Shown: positions 49,213 through 53,901 of the stretch, piece after piece | Numbering within the stretch: the first letter of the stretch is position 1 | How the letters are laid out: each line of letters starts with the position of its first letter | IMG/VR virus record: IMGVR_UViG_3300042261_000981 | Span: 1 to 53,901 of that record | DNA from: a virus | Lineage: Duplodnaviria; Caudoviricetes | DNA length: 53,901 nucleotides | Direction: 5' to 3' (one strand) | Position numbers and translations under genes: made by a program | Notes under the pieces: model-generated | The model's database searches: none | The model's input: the letters and a program-made list of their open reading frames with translations, nothing else | Told to the model about the DNA's origin: nothing

Positions 49213-49671
49213 TTATTCTCCGTAGAATAAGTTCACTAAACTTTCATTCTTTGGTTCTTTTTCTTCGCTTTTTTTCTTTTTTATGTATTTATCTCTTTTT
49301 TCCTGACTATCCGAAGATGTAGCCCATCCTTTTATTTTCCTTTTACCAGCAGTTTTAGGAAAAAATCTCTCATTTGTCTTTTCTTCTTCCTGTGCTTGGA
49401 CCACAGGTTTGGTTTCTTCTTTTTCCTTTGGTTTTCCTGTTTTTATTTTATTCTCACCTATAATTTTTTTAAGTTTTTTTGGAGATAAGTTTTTAAGTTC
49501 TTTCTTACTTTTGCCTGATTTCTTAGCAGCAAGTTTTATTAATTCTTTTACAGAAACACCTTCTAAAACGGCAAATCCTCCAACCTCTGTATATTTACTA
49601 GGTTTTTGTTTCATTTGAAGGTGGTCGTATTCTGTGAATTTTAATAAATTGCCAATTTTATCTTTTGCCAT
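49213..49671 (-). CDS. Lys-rich hypothetical protein
   Basis: ORF, TAATATATA upstream. Confidence 0.75.
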   Translation of the reverse strand: MAKDKIGNLLKFTEYDHLQMKQKPSKYTEVGGFAVLEGVSVKELIKLAAKKSGKSKKELKNLSPKKLKKIIGENKIKTGKPKEKEETKPVVQAQEEEKTNERFFPKTAGKRKIKGWATSSDSQEKRDKYIKKKKSEEKEPKNESLVNLFYGE

Positions 49672-49707
49672 AATTCTGTAATTATTTTTTTATTATATAT
49701 TAATATT

Positions 49708-49969
49708 TTATTTCAATAAATCTCTTAAATCATCTATTAATTTTTTAGCATTTTCTCTTCTTATTCTCTCTAGATTTTGTTTTCTTCGCTCTTCTTCTCT
49801 TTCTTCTTCTAATCTTCTTCGCTCTTCTTTTAATCTTCTTCTCTCTTTATCCTTTTCTAAGATTAAAATCTTCATTCTTTAATTTCTTAATGAGCATATT
49901 CGCTATATCGTTGTCTGGATTATTATCAAACCATCCCCAACCCTCATTGAATTTCTTTACTTTTTTCAT
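49708..49969 (-). pseudogene. Internally deleted fourth paralog of the 49966-51414 family
   Basis: MKKVKKFNEGWG...KKLKNEDFNL joins out of frame to LEKDKERRR...DDLRDLLK. Confidence 0.65.
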
Positions 49970-50415
49970 CCTAGCTTATTTATTATGTTTTGAATTCTTT
50001 CCTTTTTTTGTCTATCCACTTCTTTTCTCTGTCTATCCGCTCTTGAATTAATGTAATCTTCTACATATTTATATAATCTTTTGGCTTCTTTATTTGTAAC
50101 TTCAACTTTTTCGTAATTTAAATATAAAAAATAATTGTAATCTCTCCAAGAGTCCAATTCGAATTCTTTACATAATTCAATGACTACATCTTCCTCTTCA
50201 CATTCTTCTTCACCATAAGGATCCATTGGATTATATTCTTGTTTATCTTGTTTTTTTATAATAAAAGATCGTTCGCCGAATTTAAATCCAAATTCAACAT
50301 CTCTATCTAAATCAATTGTAGTTAGATAATTATAAATTTTATCTACGACATTTTTATATTTAGAACCAAATAATCCTTCATTAAGATATTCTTGATATGT
50401 ATTTAAATTATTCAT
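49966..50415 (-). CDS. Paralog-family protein with DPYGEEEC
   Basis: MNNLNTYQEYLNE start; similar to 50995..51414. Confidence 0.82.
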   Translation of the reverse strand: MNNLNTYQEYLNEGLFGSKYKNVVDKIYNYLTTIDLDRDVEFGFKFGERSFIIKKQDKQEYNPMDPYGEEECEEEDVVIELCKEFELDSWRDYNYFLYLNYEKVEVTNKEAKRLYKYVEDYINSRADRQRKEVDRQKKERIQNIINKLG

Positions 50416-51002
50416 TTTCTATAATTTTCTTTTAAGAAATCCATGAATGAAGTTTTCATAGCGGCGCTCTTTTCTCTTCTTATTCTTTCTTCTTCCGCTA
50501 ATCTTTCTTGCCTTATTCTTTCTTCTTCTTTAGCTAGTCTTTCTTTTTCTATTTTTTCACCATTTTGAAAGAATTCCCATAATTTATCGAAAGCTTTATC
50601 ACTAACTATTTGCTGAACATTATTTATTGTTATAATTCTCTTGTTTTTATCCTCATCTTTCCTCTCTTTTTGAATCATTATTATTAGTTCTTTTAAGTTT
50701 TTAGGACTTTCATCTTCCCAATTTTCTTCACCATATGGATCTATTGGATTTGTTTTATTTCTATTTATAATGTATGTATAAAATAATATATCCTTATCGT
50801 CCGCGCTTTTTAATGATGAATAATGATATTTAAGATCGAATTTTAAGAGTTTTAAATTAATTCCTTTTTTTAATTTCTCTAATATACGATAAATTAAATC
50901 ATCGTCCTGCTCGAGAAACTCTTGTTGTTTTATTTCTTTTGGTTTCTCTCCAGGTCTTTTACCAAATATATTAAACTCGTTCAAATGTTGTAAATTACGC
51001 AT
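50412..51002 (-). CDS. Paralog-family protein with DPYGEENW
   Basis: ERLA.EEERIR tandem repeat in the tail. Confidence 0.8.
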   Translation of the reverse strand: MRNLQHLNEFNIFGKRPGEKPKEIKQQEFLEQDDDLIYRILEKLKKGINLKLLKFDLKYHYSSLKSADDKDILFYTYIINRNKTNPIDPYGEENWEDESPKNLKELIIMIQKERKDEDKNKRIITINNVQQIVSDKAFDKLWEFFQNGEKIEKERLAKEEERIRQERLAEEERIRREKSAAMKTSFMDFLKENYRK

Positions 51003-51414
51003 TTTCTATAATATCCATTGCTTTTTTTAGTTTCAAATCCAATTCGTCTCTTTTTTGATTCTTTTTTCTTTTATTTATAATATTAATTATTTTCTTACAT
51101 TCAAAATGTCCACAGTCAACTTTTTCTCCATTTATGTATAATCTATACGGCGCCCCATCATTCTCAATTTCTACTTCAACTTCATCTGGTTCAACTTCCT
51201 CACCATAAGGATCCATTTCGTTCAACGCTTTACTTTTTTGAGGTTTTATATAAAATCTATAACAACTAGATCCGTATGGACTATTACCCTTTACTATTTG
51301 ATTAATATCGACTTTATTGACATAGTTTAGTAATTTATCTATTACACTTTTATATCTTGAGCCAAATAACCAAGACTCATTCAGATATTCATCGTATGAT
51401 TTTAGATTATTCAT
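50995..51414 (-). CDS. Paralog-family protein with DPYGEEVE
   Basis: MNNLKSYDEYLNE start. Confidence 0.82.
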   Translation of the reverse strand: MNNLKSYDEYLNESWLFGSRYKSVIDKLLNYVNKVDINQIVKGNSPYGSSCYRFYIKPQKSKALNEMDPYGEEVEPDEVEVEIENDGAPYRLYINGEKVDCGHFECKKIINIINKRKKNQKRDELDLKLKKAMDIIENA

Positions 51415-51538
51415 AATAGAATTAATTTTTCTTTATGGCTATATATTAATTATGAATCTCCGATTTTTTTAAACTTGATAGAAAAGTAAGTATATAAAAA
51501 TGGATGATTAATAATTTACTAACTAAAACTAAATAATT

Positions 51539-51832
51539 ATGGAAAACAAAGAATTAATGCAAGACGTTGTTGAAAAGTGGGGTGAAGAAGCCCAGTTGGA
51601 TATGATCGTTGAAAAAAGTCTTCTTCTTGCTCTTGCAATTCAGAAGTTGAGAAGAACCGATCGTAAGGAAGATTACATAGAATATTCTAAAAATTACAAC
51701 GATGTTTGTGAAAGAGTAGCTGAAATGAAAATCATGACCCAACAGGCAGAATTCCTTTTCAACACGACAGAAATTAACAATCATTATGAAAACAAGATTA
51801 AGCATCTCACAGAAGCATTGAAAGAATTCTAA
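51539..51832 (+). CDS. Degenerate MazG-like helical protein
   Basis: WGEEAQLDMIVE..L..AIQK.R...E..AE..IM..Q pattern, with acidic residues partly lost. Confidence 0.55.
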   Translation: MENKELMQDVVEKWGEEAQLDMIVEKSLLLALAIQKLRRTDRKEDYIEYSKNYNDVCERVAEMKIMTQQAEFLFNTTEINNHYENKIKHLTEALKEF

Positions 51833-51840
51833 GATGTAAA

Positions 51841-51858
51841 GGAGGGAAGTCTCCCTCC
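51841..51858. terminator. GC-rich hairpin
   Basis: ggaggga agtc tccctcc. Confidence 0.5.
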
Positions 51859-51879
51859 TATTAATCTCCACACACAATT

Positions 51880-52383
51880 ATGATAAGTATAATAGTATCA
51901 ATAGCAAAAAATGGATGTATAGGAGGCAATAATACTCTCCTTTGGAAGCAATCAGAAGATCTTAAAAGATTTAAGATGTTGACTGAAAACCATGTAATTA
52001 TAATGGGAGAAAATACTTATAACTCTCTTCCAAATAGACCATTAAAAAATAGAATGAATATAGTCATTACACAAGACTATCATTTCAAATCAGAAGTTCC
52101 ACATCTAGTACCAGCTTTTAGTATTGATGATGCTTTAGCTAAAGCCAATTTTTTTGGAAAAGATGAAAGTGAATTTTTTATAATAGGAGGTGGTTCTATT
52201 TATAAACAGTTTTTACCTTTATCTGATAAATTGTATATAACTAGAATAGATGCTGAAATAGAAGGTGATACTTATTTTCCGGAATTAGGAGAAGAATGGA
52301 AGAAAACATTCGAAGAATATCACGATAAAGACGATAAGAATCAGTATAATTATATTTACGAAATATACGAAAAGAATTTATAA
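51880..52383 (+). CDS. folA: Dihydrofolate reductase
   Basis: IG..N.LLW, DLKRFK, IMGENT, RPLKNR, IIGGGSIY, GDTYFP. Confidence 0.95.
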   Translation: MISIIVSIAKNGCIGGNNTLLWKQSEDLKRFKMLTENHVIIMGENTYNSLPNRPLKNRMNIVITQDYHFKSEVPHLVPAFSIDDALAKANFFGKDESEFFIIGGGSIYKQFLPLSDKLYITRIDAEIEGDTYFPELGEEWKKTFEEYHDKDDKNQYNYIYEIYEKNL

Positions 52384-52548
52384 ATTCTTCTTATATTTCA
52401 TACTGGATAAATAACAATCCGTATTACATCCTTTACACTTATTCTGGGGTATTTTAATATTTTTTATAATACCATTAATTGCACATAAGATTGCTATTCC
52501 TATTATAATATAAACTAATACTAATTGCATATTTTATAACATTATATA

Positions 52549-52575
52549 AAAAAAGAGGACTAAATCCTCTTTTTT
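52549..52575. terminator. Terminator downstream of tmRNA
   Basis: aaaaaagagga ctaaa tcctcttttttt. Confidence 0.7.
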
Positions 52576-52655
52576 TGATTACCACCCGGTGCGCCACTCT
52601 ATTTAATCTAATAGAGAAATCTAAAAACCACACCCGCTTGGGATGTGGAAATATG

Positions 52656-53040
52656 TGGACCCGCGGGGATTCGAACCCCGTTCCAACACTGCCTTTAAGA
52701 AATGTACTACAAGTTTATTTGATTTTTCTACTATCAACAAAATATTTAATTCTATGGGTCGAATTAAAAATTACCGAAACCGTTAATATTTATCCTCTAA
52801 ACGGAATTTGTAGAATAGAGTTTACTGAGTTTTGCTTCGGCTTACGCTAAAATCAAATCTTCGACTAAAGATTCAGTATAAACTTTGCCAGTCAAAGAAG
52901 TGGGGATACTCATGATATCCTCAGCGTTCATTTTATAATTGCCATTTATTGTTTACCTACATACTTGTAAATCGCTTTATAGACATTGCGATACTTGCAA
53001 TTTCGCTATTTCTCATTGCTGTCTAAAGCCTGTCGGGCCC
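52656..53040 (-). ncRNA. ssrA: tmRNA
   Basis: 5' GGGCCCG pairs with 3' CGGGTCC-A giving G3.U70; T arm gggg ttcgaat cccc; internal tag frame 52943..52842 ending ILA-stop. Confidence 0.9.
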
Positions 53041-53219
53041 ATTAAATTAAAGAACGTTTATATTATATATTGTTTTAATTATAGTCTGTTTTTTCCATTT
53101 TGTTTTGCAAAATTAATTAAAATTTTGCAAAACTTTTCTTCTTTTTATCAACAGTTTCCTGAATGGAAAATCCTTGTTCAGAATCTTTCACAAGTCTATA
53201 CACCCAAATTTTCATCATA

Positions 53220-53414
53220 TTATTTCTTTTTCTTGTTAAAAAGTAAATGACCGTAAGTTCCTATAATAAACAGAATTATTGAAATCGCCACAAACCCAGC
53301 GTTTAACCAGAAATTTTTAATGAAAAAAACACTTATTAAGAATAGTCCAACTGCAATTGTGTTCAAAAAATATTTCAAACACCCAGCATCGTAATAATCG
53401 TATCTAGAGTACAT
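53220..53414 (-). CDS. Small two-TM membrane protein
   Basis: Two hydrophobic helices; TACCTTTG box upstream. Confidence 0.65.
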   Translation of the reverse strand: MYSRYDYYDAGCLKYFLNTIAVGLFLISVFFIKNFWLNAGFVAISIILFIIGTYGHLLFNKKKK

Positions 53415-53463
53415 TTTTCAAATTTAATATACAAAGGTATAATAAATAAATTTAAATTAAAAA

Positions 53464-53790
53464 TTAAAATTGAATTTTTAATTTGAAATCTTTAAATCCT
53501 TCCGCAACAAATGTTACTTCATCTTCATGTAGAGGATCTAAATAAACCTCAAAATTCAATAGGTTGCCTACTTTTGTAGGAACTTCAATTTTATCTAAAA
53601 TAATACCTTTAGAAAATATAAAATTCACTTCTCTTATAGCTTCAATCACTTTAATATTAGTTATTAAAGTTTTATATTCAATGGGTTCATCGTCATCAAA
53701 AAGAAAGGAATCTCTTATTTCATATATCTTAGATACGATTTCATTGCCTATCATATAATCTTTTGTATCTCTTACATCTATTCCTTCCAT
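53464..53790 (-). CDS. Hypothetical protein
   Basis: ORF translation. Confidence 0.7.
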   Translation of the reverse strand: MEGIDVRDTKDYMIGNEIVSKIYEIRDSFLFDDDEPIEYKTLITNIKVIEAIREVNFIFSKGIILDKIEVPTKVGNLLNFEVYLDPLHEDEVTFVAEGFKDFKLKIQF

Positions 53791-53901
53791 TATTGAAATT
53801 TTATTTCTGCCAAATGTGGTATTAATTCCTGTTGTATTTCTTCTTTTGTTATGTTTGGATATCGTTCCTTTATATTTTCAAACAATTTATCAGCGTCTTT
53901 T

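Noticed and set aside
7703-51212. DPYGEE-coding DNA as a CRISPR array or DNA repeat element
   Set aside because: Copies are dispersed, always in frame and vary at synonymous positions; no regular spacers or cas genes.
52575-53250. ORFs 52575..52850 and 52939..53250, or a stand-alone tRNA at about 52660
   Set aside because: The ORFs are antisense to the tmRNA, and the T arm belongs to its tRNA-like domain.
2618-53758. Short antisense or overlapping ORFs in the track (e.g. 2618, 6201, 6408, 7164, 8799, 10223, 12496, 14431, 15169, 18798, 21685, 27234, 42152, 48596, 51554, 53564)
   Set aside because: They shadow well-supported genes on the other strand and have the Phe/Ile/Leu/Ser-rich composition of antisense frames.
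1-53901. Genome-wide TAG recoding (code 15)
   Set aside because: Long genes, including structural ones, are intact in code 11 without internal TAG; in-frame ambers were found only in the Pth2 locus. The rest of the genome cannot be judged from this window.

Overview
Very AT-rich, gene-dense segment of a large T4-like (jumbo/huge) phage genome. The host is probably Bacteroidota, judging from TAnnTTTG promoter boxes, the general absence of Shine-Dalgarno (SD) sites and a tmRNA tag starting with Gly. Recognisable genes: a type IIA topoisomerase fractured by a split intein around an HNH nuclease and an EcoRI-like restriction-modification pair, the C-terminal half of a family B DNA polymerase, a terminase ATPase, gp25-like and tail-tube-like proteins, an S1-like protein, RNase H-like YkuK, PhoH, DHFR, NUDIX, GDP-fucose synthase, KamA-like and SPASM-like radical SAM enzymes, a peptidase, two CUA (amber) tRNAs and a tmRNA. 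Four candidate systems stand out. (1) A Pth2-like gene with two in-frame TAGs, an ATG-TCG-TAG minigene and two amber-suppressor tRNAs lie together in a region that otherwise reads in the standard code. (2) The peptide motif DPYGEExW occurs 25 times in 23 otherwise mostly unrelated accessory ORFs, many of which also carry T4 capsid-targeting-like N-termini. (3) A radical SAM enzyme precedes four proteins sharing an MK(I/L)RxxF(V/I)SNSSxxS N-terminus. (4) The trans-spliced topoisomerase. All family assignments come from motif recognition by eye; no searches were run.
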